Shown here: positions 54,360 to 64,000 of the stretch, piece after piece | Layout of the letters: the number at the start of each line of letters is the position of its first letter | Position numbering within the stretch: the stretch's first letter is position 1 | Assembly (NCBI RefSeq): GCF_965219595.1 | Contig: NZ_OZ244781.1 | Span: forward strand, 133,429 to 197,428 | Length of the DNA: 64,000 nucleotides | Direction: 5' to 3' | Source: Candidatus Poriferisodalis sp. | GTDB taxonomy: Bacteria > Actinomycetota > Acidimicrobiia > Acidimicrobiales > Poriferisodalaceae | The notes under the pieces: model-generated | The model's database searches: none | What the model was told of the DNA's origin: nothing | The model's input: the letters and a program-made list of their open reading frames with translations, nothing else | Made by a program: the position numbers and the translations under genes

Positions 54360-56278
54360 GACGACTCGCCCGATGGCTGGCGAACATCGTCGCCGCCGTT
54401 GTCGTCTTCGGTCTGGCCGCGCAGCCAGGCGTCTTGAGCCAGCTCTTCCTGGTGCAGCTCACGGGTGCGGCGCACGCTGGGGATCAGGCCCTCGGGCCGG
54501 GCCAGCATCATCCACACCAGCAGCGCCCCGTAGATGAGCAGCTTGAACTCGGAGAACTCCGCCAGCAGGCCCGGCTGCTTCGGCCCGCCGAGCACGCCGA
54601 TCAGCACCGCCGAGCCGGCGATGACGCCGACGATGTTGCCCATTCCGCCGAAGATGACCACCACCAAGATCACGATCGACACCAGGATCAGGAAGCTGGC
54701 GGGGAACACCGAGCCCACCTTCGCCGAGAAGATCGCCCCGCTGAACGACCCCAGCACAGCACCCACCACGAACGCCAGCAGCTTGACGTTGACCGTGTTG
54801 ATGCCCATGGCCTCGGCCACGGTTTCGTCCTCGCGCACCGCCATCCACGCACGGCCGATGCGCGACCGCTCCAACCGCCACGAGACGTAGATGGCGATCG
54901 CGCAGAACGCGAGCACCAGGTAGAAGACGCTGCGCGGATCGGTGCCGGCCACCTCGGCCAGGCCGAAGATCTCCGCACCCGGGATGTTGGTGATTCCCTG
55001 GGAGCCGCCGAACCATCCCGACAGCCAGTCCGACAGGAACAGCAGGCGGATGATCTCGCCGAAGCCGAGCGTGACGATGGCGAGGTAGTCGCCACGCATG
55101 CGGATGACTGGGGCGCCGATGAACAGCCCCACCAACCCGGTCAGGAGCACGACGCCGATGAGCGCCACGAACCACGGCAGCTCGGGGTGGATCTTCGGCG
55201 ATGTGGCGGCGGTGAGCACCGCTGCGCTGTAGCTGCCCACGGCGAAGAACGCCACGTAGCCTAGGTCGAGGATGCCGGCGAGGCCAACCACGATGTTCAG
55301 CCCCAGCGCCAGCAGCACGAACAGGCCGACGTTGGCGAGCAGCTCGTTGGTGAGCTTGCCGGCGAACATCGGCAGGATGACGAGCACTGCAGCGGTGGCC
55401 AGGATCAAGCCCAGATGCGCCCGGTTGCGGGCGGGGCCTTCGAGCGCGTCGATGCGGGCCTTAGCCCCCTTGATGCGGCCCCGGGCCACGAACGCCAGCA
55501 CTCCCGATCCGGCGGCGAGAGCGATGGCACCGGTGATGGTGAGCCCGCCCCGGGGGGCATAGAACCAGTCGATCAGCCCCTCGATGCCCATGCCCTCGGC
55601 CAGGTCGGTGGTCAGCGATTCGAGCACCGCCGAGCCGAACAGGGTGAGCACCATGGTCCACAGCACGCGCCGCATCACCGGCGGCACCACTCGCAGCAGG
55701 CCGCCCGCAGCGCCCACGGCTGTGCCGATGGCGAGCCAGATGAGCACTGCGAACGCCGTGCCGCGGTTGAAGCCCAGCAGGTCGGCCAGGATCGGGCTCC
55801 AGTTGACCAGCGGCTCGCGCAAGTCGAAGTTGGCAATGAGCACCGCCAGCAGCGACAGTCCCCCGCCGACGAGCGCGCCGCATGCGGCCCCGCCGATGAC
55901 TTCGTGGGCGCCGGCGCGGTGGTATGGCACGCCTTCTCGGCGGATCTGGTGGCCGACTCGGCTGCCTGCCGCCAGTGGCAGCACCACCAGCGAGAGATAG
56001 CCGAGGCTGAGAATCCCTTCGATGATCGCCCGGCCGTCGAGCTTGACCGGCATGTTGGACAGCGAGATGAAGATCTGCCCGATGGCGCCGATGGCACCCA
56101 TGCGAGCGATGCGACGCCAGTCCTGCGCGAACGGCGGGCGCGGCGGCGCATCGTCGCTGGTGCCGTCACCGCCGGAACTGGCGGTGGGGCTCGGCCCGGG
56201 CGCGGCCGGCGGCTCAGCCAAGCTCATACCCGATCCTCCGCCCGCAGCCGCCCGCCGAGCAAGCCAGCCCGCAACCAC
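54356..56278 (-). CDS. livM: branched-chain amino acid ABC transporter permease with a long N-terminal membrane extension
   Basis: The C-terminal ~330 aa are LivM-like (GLNIVVGLAGILDLGYVAFFAVGSY). The N-terminal ~300 aa are extra TM segments. Start is GTG 56278 or ATG 56227. Confidence 0.85.
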   Translation of the reverse strand: MVAGWLARRAAAGGGSGMSLAEPPAAPGPSPTASSGGDGTSDDAPPRPPFAQDWRRIARMGAIGAIGQIFISLSNMPVKLDGRAIIEGILSLGYLSLVVLPLAAGSRVGHQIRREGVPYHRAGAHEVIGGAACGALVGGGLSLLAVLIANFDLREPLVNWSPILADLLGFNRGTAFAVLIWLAIGTAVGAAGGLLRVVPPVMRRVLWTMVLTLFGSAVLESLTTDLAEGMGIEGLIDWFYAPRGGLTITGAIALAAGSGVLAFVARGRIKGAKARIDALEGPARNRAHLGLILATAAVLVILPMFAGKLTNELLANVGLFVLLALGLNIVVGLAGILDLGYVAFFAVGSYSAAVLTAATSPKIHPELPWFVALIGVVLLTGLVGLFIGAPVIRMRGDYLAIVTLGFGEIIRLLFLSDWLSGWFGGSQGITNIPGAEIFGLAEVAGTDPRSVFYLVLAFCAIAIYVSWRLERSRIGRAWMAVREDETVAEAMGINTVNVKLLAFVVGAVLGSFSGAIFSAKVGSVFPASFLILVSIVILVVVIFGGMGNIVGVIAGSAVLIGVLGGPKQPGLLAEFSEFKLLIYGALLVWMMLARPEGLIPSVRRTRELHQEELAQDAWLRGQTEDDNGGDDVRQPSGESS

Positions 56279-56329
56279 AGCTCCGCCGAGCTCATGCCCG
56301 ATCCTCCGCGGGCAGCCGCTCGCCGAACA
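56217..56329 (-). repeat. imperfect 45-nt direct duplication (39/45) of the livH-stop/next-start junction, 68-nt period
   Basis: 56217-56261 versus 56285-56329: GCC(A/G)AGCTCAT(A/G)CCCGATCCTCCGC..GCAGCCGC.CGCCGA. Confidence 0.8.
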
Positions 56330-57455
56330 GTCCGGCCGGCCTCACCAGCAGCACGATGATCAGCATCGAGAACGCCACGGCGTCACGAAGCTGCGACACC
56401 CCGCTCACGCCCAGCGGCTCCAGGATCAGCAGTGGCCCCACCGACTCGGCTACCCCGATCGACAGCCCGCCCGCCATCGCACCGCCCAAGTGGCCGATGC
56501 CGCCCACCACCGCCGCGCTGAACGCCTTGATGCCCGGCAGAAAACCGGTGGTGTGGATGACGCTGCGGAACAGGATGCCCCAGAGAATCCCCGCCATGCC
56601 CGCCATCGCCCCGCCCACCGCGAACACCTTCACGATGGTGCGGTTCACGTCGATGCCCATGAGCGAGGCAATCTCGGCGTCCTCGGCCACGGCCCGCATC
56701 GCCTTGCCGGTCTTGGTGCGGTCGACGTAGTACCACAGCGCCGCCATCGACAGCGCAGCCACCACGATCACCAGGATCTTGGCGCCCTCGATCTGCAGGA
56801 AGGTGTGCTTGGCCTTCACCCAGTCCGGCACGTTCGGGTACGACTTGCTGGCCGGCCCCAGCAGCACCACCGACGCGTTCTGCAAGAAGAACGACACGCC
56901 GATGGAGGTGATCAGCGGGATCAGCCGCGGCGCCCCGCGCAGCGGCCGGTAGGCCACCCGTTCCATGACCACTGCCGTCAGCGACGACACGATGATCGAC
57001 ACCACCACGATGAACACCAGCGAGCCGATGAAGTTCGACTCCCACAACCCAGCGTCGGCCAGCTTGTTGGAGGTGATCATGCCGGTCATGGCGCCCACCA
57101 TGAACACCTCGCCGTGGGCGAAGTTGATGAACCCCAGCACGCCGTAGACCATCGAGTAGCCAAGCGCGATCAGCCCGTACATCGAGCCTTGGGCGACGCC
57201 CGAGATCACCAGCCCGCGGAACTGCGCCCCGGTGAGGCCGGTGGCATCTGGGTTCGCCCAGCGGGCGAACGGGTTGTCGGGGTTGATCTCCTGGGCGATG
57301 AAGGCCGTGAAGCCGACGGCCAGGACGATCAGCACCGCCACTCGGATGACCGTGAGGAACCAGTCGACCCGGGTGCGGGGCCGCAAGAGCCGGGCGCGGG
57401 CCCGCGGGAGCCGGGGGCGGGGCGCCCCGTTGGGGGGCGCCCCTTCATCCATCAC
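56292..57455 (-). CDS. livH: branched-chain amino acid ABC transporter permease
   Basis: GSMYGLIALGYSMVYGVLGFINFAHGE and the LivH-type TM layout. Confidence 0.9.
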   Translation of the reverse strand: MMDEGAPPNGAPRPRLPRARARLLRPRTRVDWFLTVIRVAVLIVLAVGFTAFIAQEINPDNPFARWANPDATGLTGAQFRGLVISGVAQGSMYGLIALGYSMVYGVLGFINFAHGEVFMVGAMTGMITSNKLADAGLWESNFIGSLVFIVVVSIIVSSLTAVVMERVAYRPLRGAPRLIPLITSIGVSFFLQNASVVLLGPASKSYPNVPDWVKAKHTFLQIEGAKILVIVVAALSMAALWYYVDRTKTGKAMRAVAEDAEIASLMGIDVNRTIVKVFAVGGAMAGMAGILWGILFRSVIHTTGFLPGIKAFSAAVVGGIGHLGGAMAGGLSIGVAESVGPLLILEPLGVSGVSQLRDAVAFSMLIIVLLVRPAGLFGERLPAEDRA

Positions 57456-57534
57456 CGAATCGACCCTAGAAGGCCGTGACCGACCGACCTAGAGCGTGCG
57501 CGAATTAGCGCAGCTTCTCGTGGTACTGCCATTG

Positions 57535-57601
57535 TTTCCCGCTCTTGTTCGCTGCGCTCACGGGCCGCTCGGGCCACGGCTTCGCCATTCGGTTCAGCCT
57601 C
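57535..57601 (+). repeat. dispersed intergenic repeat, copy D
   Basis: TTTCCCGCTCTTGTTCGCTGCGCTCACGGGCCGCTCGGGCCACGGCTTCGCCATTCGGTTCAGCCTC. Matches 12748-12813 apart from a few substitutions and short indels. Confidence 0.85.
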
Positions 57602-57622
57602 TTGGGACCCGCCCCCGTGTGC

Positions 57623-58984
57623 TCACGGAACGAAGGAGAACACGACGTTGTCCATGCTGGCCACCGCGTTCTCCTCGCCGCCGATGTTCTGAACCACGGT
57701 GATGCGGGCCGCGCCGCAGTCGCCGAAGTCGTCGCAGTTGATGGTGCCGATCAGGCCGCTGAAGCCCTCGATGCTGTTGAGGTAGTCACGGATGCCTTGG
57801 CGGTCGACGTTCAGGTTGCCGTCGGCGTTGACGTACGACGCAGCAGCAATGGCGTCGAGCAGCATCGTGGTGGCGTCGTAACCGTGGGCCCAGAACGGGG
57901 CAGCAGGCGCCTCGCCCCAGCGCTCCTCGTAGGCGGCCAGGAAGTCCTGTGCCGTCTTGCCGGTGCTCTGGTTCACGTTCTCGCCGAAACGAGAGTCGGG
58001 ACCCGAGAAATACATGCCCGCGGTCTGCGGAAGCGCCAGGTAGTTGGTGTTCAGCAAACCGTCGGCCGCGAGCAGCACCGTGTCCTCCAATCCCGACACT
58101 CCCGGTGCCTGATCGGCGACGAAGTCGCCGGCGGGCTGGAAGATCGGGAAGAACAGCGCTGCGGGGCCGCCCGCCGCGATCTCGGTCAGCACCGGCACCA
58201 TGTCGGTGTCTTCCTTGTTGACCGCCGAGAACCCGGTGATCGTGCCGCCTTCGGCCTCGAAGGCGTCGGCGAAGGCTTGCGCGAGGCCCTGCGTGTACGG
58301 GTCTCCATCGTGGATCGTTGCGGCAGTGGTCAAACCGAGCTCGCCGAAGACGAACTTGGCCACTGCAGCACCCTGGAAGAGGTCGTTGTGTGCCGTGCGG
58401 TAGTAGCCGACGTTGTAGTTCTCGCCCGGCGTGCCCGCCAGGTCCGACGTGAGCGCAGGCGACGTGTTGCCGCCTGAGATCATCACCATGCCGGCATCGG
58501 TGATGAGCGGTGCTGCGGCTACCGCTGCACCCGAGCATGACGTGCCGATCACGCCGAGCACGTCCTCATCGGCTACGACGATCTGGGCTGCTGCCTGGCC
58601 GCCGTCGTTGGAGCAAAGGTCGTCGAGCGTGGTGCCCAAGTCGACGTCGAAGCCGTGAATGGGGCCGTAGTCCTCGATTGCGAGTATGACCGCACGTTCG
58701 AGCGGCAGGCCGAAGAAGGCGACGTCGCCGGTGATGGCATTGAGCGAGCGGATCTGCACCGCGCCGCCGGCGTCGACGGTGACCTCGCCGAGCGAGCCGT
58801 CGCCGAGATGGTCCATCATCTCGTCGACGGGTTCGTCGGCCGGCTCGTCGGGCGCTTCGGTTGCCGCTGGTGCCGTTGCTGTGTCGGCGGCCTCGCCGTC
58901 GCCGTCGTCACCGCATGCAGCGGCGAACAGCGACAGCGCAAAGAGTGCCGCCAACAGCGTCATCAGTTTCTTGTTCATACGCAT
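57623..58984 (-). CDS. branched-chain amino acid ABC transporter substrate-binding lipoprotein
   Basis: Signal plus lipobox LFAAAC. Type I periplasmic-binding-fold pattern and operon context with livHMGF. Confidence 0.88.
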   Translation of the reverse strand: MRMNKKLMTLLAALFALSLFAAACGDDGDGEAADTATAPAATEAPDEPADEPVDEMMDHLGDGSLGEVTVDAGGAVQIRSLNAITGDVAFFGLPLERAVILAIEDYGPIHGFDVDLGTTLDDLCSNDGGQAAAQIVVADEDVLGVIGTSCSGAAVAAAPLITDAGMVMISGGNTSPALTSDLAGTPGENYNVGYYRTAHNDLFQGAAVAKFVFGELGLTTAATIHDGDPYTQGLAQAFADAFEAEGGTITGFSAVNKEDTDMVPVLTEIAAGGPAALFFPIFQPAGDFVADQAPGVSGLEDTVLLAADGLLNTNYLALPQTAGMYFSGPDSRFGENVNQSTGKTAQDFLAAYEERWGEAPAAPFWAHGYDATTMLLDAIAAASYVNADGNLNVDRQGIRDYLNSIEGFSGLIGTINCDDFGDCGAARITVVQNIGGEENAVASMDNVVFSFVP

Positions 58985-59147
58985 ATTCCTCCCTGAATTC
59001 GCCTAGCGAGTCCTCGCGAAATCACCTCGTGCGCCTGTCGCACACGGCCGCAGCCACCTGAATCGTGCACGAGCGTCAGCATGGTTCGCCAAGCTGTATG
59101 CGTCTGGCCCTCACCCTAGATGACCACTGTCACGGGAAGGTACCTAG

Positions 59148-60047
59148 TTGAGCGCACCTGTCGAACGCATCTGGAGCGCAGGCAGGGTGTCGCCCGAAGC
59201 GCTGTTCACCGTTGGCGCCGTGTCGCAATACCTCGGCGCTGCCACGGCGTTCGAGCTGTTCGACGAGCTGGGGCCGGGCACGGTCGCACTGCTGCGGGTG
59301 GCCGGTGCCGGAGCGGTGGTAGTGCTGCTGCGCCGGTCGTGGCGACGGAGCTGGTCACGCAACGAACTGGCCTGGACGGCCGCCTTCGGGGCGGCGCTGG
59401 CATCGATGAACCTGTTCTTCTACCTGGCCATCGAGCGGGTGCCGCTCGGCAACTCGGTGGCGATCGAGTTCATCGGGCCGATCGCCGTGGCGGCATTTGG
59501 CACCCGGACGCTGCGCTCGAGCGGGGCGCTGGCGCTTGCCGTCGGCGGGGTGGTGGCGTTGGCGGGACTCGCGCCGCCAGAGGCCCAGCTCGGTGCACTG
59601 TTCTCGCTGATCGCCGGTGCGCTGTGGGCGGGGTACATCGTGTTGGGGCACCGGGTGGCGCGGGCCGGGATGGCGGTGGACGGGCTGGGCGTGGGCATGC
59701 TCATCGGGGCGCTGGTGATCAGCCCGGTGGGCATCATCGACGGCACCGCTGGCGCCGGCGGCCTCGGCGCGGCGGCGGGGGCGCCGCTGCTGCTGGCAGG
59801 CGGCGTGGCGGCAGGTGTGCTGTCGAACGTCATCCCTTACGGCATCGATCAGCTCGTGATGCAGCGGCTGGCCCGGGCGAGATTCGCACTGCTGCAAGCA
59901 TTGCTGCCGGTGACGGCGACGCTGATCGGTTTGGTGTGGCTGTCGCAGGTGCCCAGCATGCGCGAGGCGGTGGGCATCGTGGCGGTGATTGCGGCGATCG
60001 TGATCAACCGCGAGTCGGATCCGGCGCCGACCGACGTGGTCCCCTGA
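59148..60047 (+). CDS. EamA/DMT-family transporter (RhtA-like)
   Basis: Ten hydrophobic segments. FYLAIERVPLG.AVAIEF.GP is the EamA repeat pattern. TTG start per the ORF track. Confidence 0.85.
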   Translation: MSAPVERIWSAGRVSPEALFTVGAVSQYLGAATAFELFDELGPGTVALLRVAGAGAVVVLLRRSWRRSWSRNELAWTAAFGAALASMNLFFYLAIERVPLGNSVAIEFIGPIAVAAFGTRTLRSSGALALAVGGVVALAGLAPPEAQLGALFSLIAGALWAGYIVLGHRVARAGMAVDGLGVGMLIGALVISPVGIIDGTAGAGGLGAAAGAPLLLAGGVAAGVLSNVIPYGIDQLVMQRLARARFALLQALLPVTATLIGLVWLSQVPSMREAVGIVAVIAAIVINRESDPAPTDVVP

Positions 60048-60071
60048 GCGTCTGGTGCTCACGCTCCGGCG

Positions 60072-60941
60072 CTAGAAGAGCGGGTCGCGCCACGTGGTCG
60101 CTGCTGCCAGTGCGATGACGAACGCTGCGGCCCCAATCAATGCCAGCAGAGCCCACACCGCGACCGGTGAGCGGCGCATCCGTGTGTCGATGGGCTCGTT
60201 CGACAGCCGCTCGGCAAGCGTCGGCGGGTGCCGCCGCCTGCTGGTGTCGCCGATGGCGAAACCGGCCAGCACACCTGCCGCCAGCCCCCCGAGATGCCCG
60301 CCGACGGAAATGTTGGGGATGAGGAACGAGATGACGACGTTGATGATGATCAAGCTGCCGAGCCCGTCTCGCCACGGGTTGCCGCCCCGCAGGTATTCGA
60401 CGACAAATGCTGCGCCCATCACGCCGTACACCGCGCCTGATGCCCCCACGACGGCGCTCTCGGGACGGTGCAGCATCGCCCCAGCAGAACCGCCGACAAG
60501 TGACACGGCATAGATGCCCGCCAGCACGTATGGACCCACGAAACGCTCAAGCCGTCGTCCGAGCAAGAACAGCACCGCCATGTTGAACAGCAGGTGGCGC
60601 AGGTCGATGTGCAGGAACGCGCCTGTGAAGATTCGCCACCAGTCTGTCTGCAGGAACGCACCGGTGAGGAGCTCTCTGGCCCCGTAGAAGTCGGCGATAT
60701 AGGGACCGAACGTGCTGTAACCCTCGAGCGCGGAGAATCGCAGCGAACCCTGGGTGAACGCCAAGGCGCGGGTGAGACGGTGCGTCAGGAGGAAGACCGC
60801 CACCGAGACAGTGCCAAGCGCCATCGTCGCCACCGGCTGCCCGCCGTGTCGAATGCCAAGCCCGCGCACGGCCCTGCACCCTACGAGTTGTCTGCCTGGC
60901 GCCCGCAGCAGATCTCCGCAGGGGCGGGCGTATGCAGGCAC
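60072..60941 (-). CDS. rhomboid-family intramembrane serine protease
   Basis: WRIFTGAFLH....HLLFNM, GASGAVYG (catalytic Ser) and GHLGGL (catalytic His). Start uncertain: GTG 60941, GTG 60869 or ATG 60824. Confidence 0.82.
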   Translation of the reverse strand: MPAYARPCGDLLRAPGRQLVGCRAVRGLGIRHGGQPVATMALGTVSVAVFLLTHRLTRALAFTQGSLRFSALEGYSTFGPYIADFYGARELLTGAFLQTDWWRIFTGAFLHIDLRHLLFNMAVLFLLGRRLERFVGPYVLAGIYAVSLVGGSAGAMLHRPESAVVGASGAVYGVMGAAFVVEYLRGGNPWRDGLGSLIIINVVISFLIPNISVGGHLGGLAAGVLAGFAIGDTSRRRHPPTLAERLSNEPIDTRMRRSPVAVWALLALIGAAAFVIALAAATTWRDPLF

Positions 60942-61065
60942 ACGCCGTCCGATGTAGCTTCCAGTTACCCGGCGGAGGTGCGATGATGTGTGATCGCAGC
61001 GACATTCCGCCAGCCGGTGCGGTTTTCCACATATCCAACAGAGACGCCTCAGAAGGCTTGGTGCT

Positions 61066-61785
61066 ATGTCGACGCTGCAGGATGTGATGGCGCAGTTGCA
61101 GCTCGCCGGCACGGCGCAGAATCGCAAGGTGTACGCGCGCCATGGCGCCGCCGAGCCGATGTTCGGCGTCAGCTACAAAGACCTCGGCCGTATCGCGAAG
61201 CCGCTCAAGACAGATCATGCGCTCGCGGCGGAACTGTGGGATTCAGGCAATCACGACGCCCGAGTGCTGGCGCTGCGCATCGCCGATGCGTCTGCGATGA
61301 CCAAGACCCGCGCCCGGCGATGGCTTCGTGATGTCGACAACTACGTCCTCGCCGAGGCGCTCGGCGGGAAGCTCTCCGAGTCGCCGCACGCACGTGAGCT
61401 CAGCGACGAGTGGCGGGATTCGCCCGCCGAGTGGCCTGCATCGGTGGGCTGGTTCATCGTGGCCTGCACCGCCGAGCAGGCCGACATCTGGTCCGCCAGC
61501 GAATTGCGCGGCCTGGTGGCGCAGATCGATGCCGAGATCGCCGAGCGGCCGAACCGGGTGCGTCACGAGATGAACGGCGTGCTCATCGCGATCGGGCTGA
61601 AAGACGAGAGCCTGCGGCGCACGGTGCTCGAGGTCGACGCCCGCATCGGGCCCATACAGGTCGACCACGGCGAAACCGGCTGCAAGACGCCCGCGATCGC
61701 GCCCTACATCGACCGCACGCTTGCACACCGAGAGCAAATGGCAGCACGCCGAGCAGCCAAGGCGGCTGCGAAGGCCGGCGTTTAG
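61066..61785 (+). CDS. DNA alkylation repair protein (AlkC/AlkD-like HEAT-repeat family)
   Basis: L..L...G.AQNRKVYARHGA..P.FGV....L..IAK......LA.ELW.SGNH.AR.LA is the N-terminal pattern of this family. 239 aa. Confidence 0.8.
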   Translation: MSTLQDVMAQLQLAGTAQNRKVYARHGAAEPMFGVSYKDLGRIAKPLKTDHALAAELWDSGNHDARVLALRIADASAMTKTRARRWLRDVDNYVLAEALGGKLSESPHARELSDEWRDSPAEWPASVGWFIVACTAEQADIWSASELRGLVAQIDAEIAERPNRVRHEMNGVLIAIGLKDESLRRTVLEVDARIGPIQVDHGETGCKTPAIAPYIDRTLAHREQMAARRAAKAAAKAGV

Positions 61786-63515
61786 CCGTCGTCTCCCTCG
61801 CCAGCCTCGTCGCCCTCGGGGCTATCGAGGAGCCGGCGGGCCACAACCCGGGCGCCCTCGAGATCGTCGACGAAGTTCTCCGCGGGAACGCTGCGCAGCA
61901 CGTTCAGCTCCCTGACGCTCGTTGCCTGCGACTCCTCGAGTCCCATCACGATGCACTTGGCGCCCGAGTCCAGCGCCACGTCGATGAGCTGGCCCATCAT
62001 GAACGCAGCGCTGTCGTCCATGTGCCGGGTCTCGCTGAAATCGAAAATCACCACCTCGTGCTCTTCGACATCGTGGTTGATCGAGTTGAACAGCCTGATC
62101 GACGACGACGCCGTATAGGAACCGCGCAGCGAGAGCAGTCCGGTACGCGCCGCGAACGGGTCGGGACCGTCGAGATCGAGGTTCGCCAGGCTGATGCCGC
62201 CGGGTTCGTCGCCCTCAGCGTCGTCGCTGCCGGGGGCGTACAGGAACGTCATGTCCAGCAACGGGGTCGACACCACGCCCTCGTCGAGTTCGAGGCGCTC
62301 GAACTGCCGGGCGCCGGTCATCGCTGCGGCAATCAGACCCGCACCCACCGCCACCACGAGATCCGCCACGATCGACAGGGTCAGCGTGAGCGCCATCACG
62401 CCGTACTGGTCGAGCCGGGTGCGACGCACCCGAGCGATGTAGTCCCAGTCGACGATGTCGAAGCCGATCTTGATGAGAATGCCGGCGAGCACCGCATGTG
62501 GGATGACTTCGGCGAGCCGTCCCAATCCGAGCACCAGCGCACCCAGCACCACCGCGCAGAGCACCCCGGACACCCGCGTGCGGCCGCCTGCCTTGACATT
62601 GGCCACGGTCGCCGATGTCGCACCCGCCCCGGGCACCGCACCGATGAACGCGATGAGCACGTTGGCGGCACCGACCCCGAGCAGCTCACGATTGGGGTGA
62701 TGCTGATCGCGAGTCATCGAATCGGCGACCATCGCAGTGAGCAGGCTGTTGACCGAGCCGAGCAATGCGAGCGTGACCGCAGGCGCTATAGCCCCGCCGA
62801 CGTCACCCCAGCTGAACGACGGCATCCGCACTTCGGGCAGTCCTGAGGGCACATCGCCGATAACCGCCACGTCGCTGATCCACAGCACGCTGAGCACCGT
62901 GCAGACGAGCAGCGCAGCGACCGACGGCGGCAACGCCTGGCGCAAGCGGCGGGGCCAGAGCAGGCAGACGGCGACGCTGAGCACGCCGAGCGCGAAGGCG
63001 CCGATGTCGACGTTGCCCACGGCATCAGGGAGCGCTCGTATGGATGCCGACACGCCGCCGAGCGCCACCTCGTGCCCCAGCAGCGGGATCAGCTGCACCA
63101 CGATGATGATCAACCCGACTGCGGAAGTGAATCCCGACACCACCGGGTAGGGCGTGTACGACACATAGCTGCCGAGACGCAGTGCTCCCAGCAATACCTG
63201 CACGATCCCCGCGAGCACCACGATCGCCAGGGCTTTTTCGATGTCGCCGCCGGCGTAGTCGATCACCACCACCGACATCGCCACCGACAGCGGCGCGGTG
63301 GGCCCGGAGATCTGTGTCCGCGTGCCGCCGAAGATCGCCGCCAGCAACCCGACTGCGACGGCGCCGTAGAGGCCGGCGATCGCGCCGAGGCCCGAGGCCA
63401 CGCCGAACGCCAGCGACAGCGGCAGCATGACGACCGCCGCAGTGAGGCCTCCGAAAACGTCGCCGCGCAGCTGCTCCGCGCTGTAGTTCAGCGTCGGCGC
63501 TTTCAGCGTTGGCAT
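61782..63515 (-). CDS. SulP-family anion permease with C-terminal STAS domain
   Basis: DVFGGLTAAVVMLPLSLAFGVASG, GG.RTQISGPT and a C-terminal STAS-like anti-sigma-antagonist fold region. Confidence 0.9.
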   Translation of the reverse strand: MPTLKAPTLNYSAEQLRGDVFGGLTAAVVMLPLSLAFGVASGLGAIAGLYGAVAVGLLAAIFGGTRTQISGPTAPLSVAMSVVVIDYAGGDIEKALAIVVLAGIVQVLLGALRLGSYVSYTPYPVVSGFTSAVGLIIIVVQLIPLLGHEVALGGVSASIRALPDAVGNVDIGAFALGVLSVAVCLLWPRRLRQALPPSVAALLVCTVLSVLWISDVAVIGDVPSGLPEVRMPSFSWGDVGGAIAPAVTLALLGSVNSLLTAMVADSMTRDQHHPNRELLGVGAANVLIAFIGAVPGAGATSATVANVKAGGRTRVSGVLCAVVLGALVLGLGRLAEVIPHAVLAGILIKIGFDIVDWDYIARVRRTRLDQYGVMALTLTLSIVADLVVAVGAGLIAAAMTGARQFERLELDEGVVSTPLLDMTFLYAPGSDDAEGDEPGGISLANLDLDGPDPFAARTGLLSLRGSYTASSSIRLFNSINHDVEEHEVVIFDFSETRHMDDSAAFMMGQLIDVALDSGAKCIVMGLEESQATSVRELNVLRSVPAENFVDDLEGARVVARRLLDSPEGDEAGEGDDG

Positions 63516-63544
63516 CTCAACGCCGAGTCAGGCCGACCGATCGT

Positions 63545-64000
63545 CTACTGGCCGAGGAAGGTGTTGAGCGCCTCGAACACGGTGGCTTTGTCGGGATCCA
63601 CGAAGACGTGGGTGGCACCCGAGCTGTAGATGGAGTCGCCGATGCGTACGAGCACGCCGTAGCGGTTGACCGGCAGCCCCTGGAAGGTGGCCGTGTAGTC
63701 GGTGCCGAACGACTCGTCGCCCAAGCCGGGGTTCTCGCCTTCGCTGAACGCACCCACCGCACCGGTGGACGGCTCGGGGAACTCACCGCAGGCGATGACC
63801 TCCACGATGTAGTTGTTGAAGGCTTGCGAAGCCACGTCGGGCGACTCGAACCGGGAGATGGAGACATCGAGGAACGGACCCGTGAGCGGATCCGCCGCCC
63901 AGACCGACTCGGAGTACGCCACCGGCACGATCCCGCCGTAGGCCGGTGTGCCGGGACAGGTCTCAGCCCGCGGAATGTTGGTGGCGGTCTGCAGGGTGTC
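63545..64000 (-). CDS. hypothetical protein, 3' portion (5' end outside window)
   Basis: Frame is open to the window edge (DTLQTATNIPRAETCPGTPAYGGIVPVAYSES...). No family recognised. Confidence 0.55.
   Translation of the reverse strand, partial: DTLQTATNIPRAETCPGTPAYGGIVPVAYSESVWAADPLTGPFLDVSISRFESPDVASQAFNNYIVEVIACGEFPEPSTGAVGAFSEGENPGLGDESFGTDYTATFQGLPVNRYGVLVRIGDSIYSSGATHVFVDPDKATVFEALNTFLGQ

Overview
High-GC, densely coding actinobacterial-type chromosomal segment with about 65 CDS. I recognised no rRNA, tRNA, CRISPR array, transposase or integrase. Core content: a 2-oxoacid dehydrogenase set (aceE, plus an lpd-E2-lipB::lipA operon), two SUF Fe-S loci, a Liv-type ABC transporter, acyl-CoA metabolism including malyl-CoA lyase/thioesterase-like and methylsuccinyl-CoA dehydrogenase-like genes, two F420/LLM oxidoreductases, mutY, ptrB and a SulP permease. 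The most notable result is two genes that each carry a single in-frame TGA exactly at a redox-motif cysteine position. One is a TlpA/ResA-like lipoprotein (W-[TGA]-P-A-C at 6465). The other is a UGSC-family protein (D-[TGA]-G-S-C at 45143). Each TGA is followed by a SECIS-like hairpin, so both are predicted selenoproteins. The UGSC gene lies in a compact redox cluster (42.2-45.4 kb) with a thioredoxin-fused 498-aa protein of unknown function, a flavin reductase and a MauE/DoxX membrane protein; this cluster is the best candidate for an uncharacterised system. Other observations: the sufB...sufD-Rieske-sufC operon is interrupted by translationally coupled malyl-CoA lyase/thioesterase-like genes and a 4-Cys basic-tail protein. 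LipB and LipA are fused in frame. RNase HI is fused to a YpsA/SLOG domain. A 3.4-kb RCC1-repeat/lipoprotein cassette is bracketed by a 34-bp direct repeat and sits next to a toxin-antitoxin pair. There is a dispersed intergenic repeat family, and several short duplications of stop/start junctions create mini-ORFs. All functional calls rest on motif recognition by eye; no searches were run.
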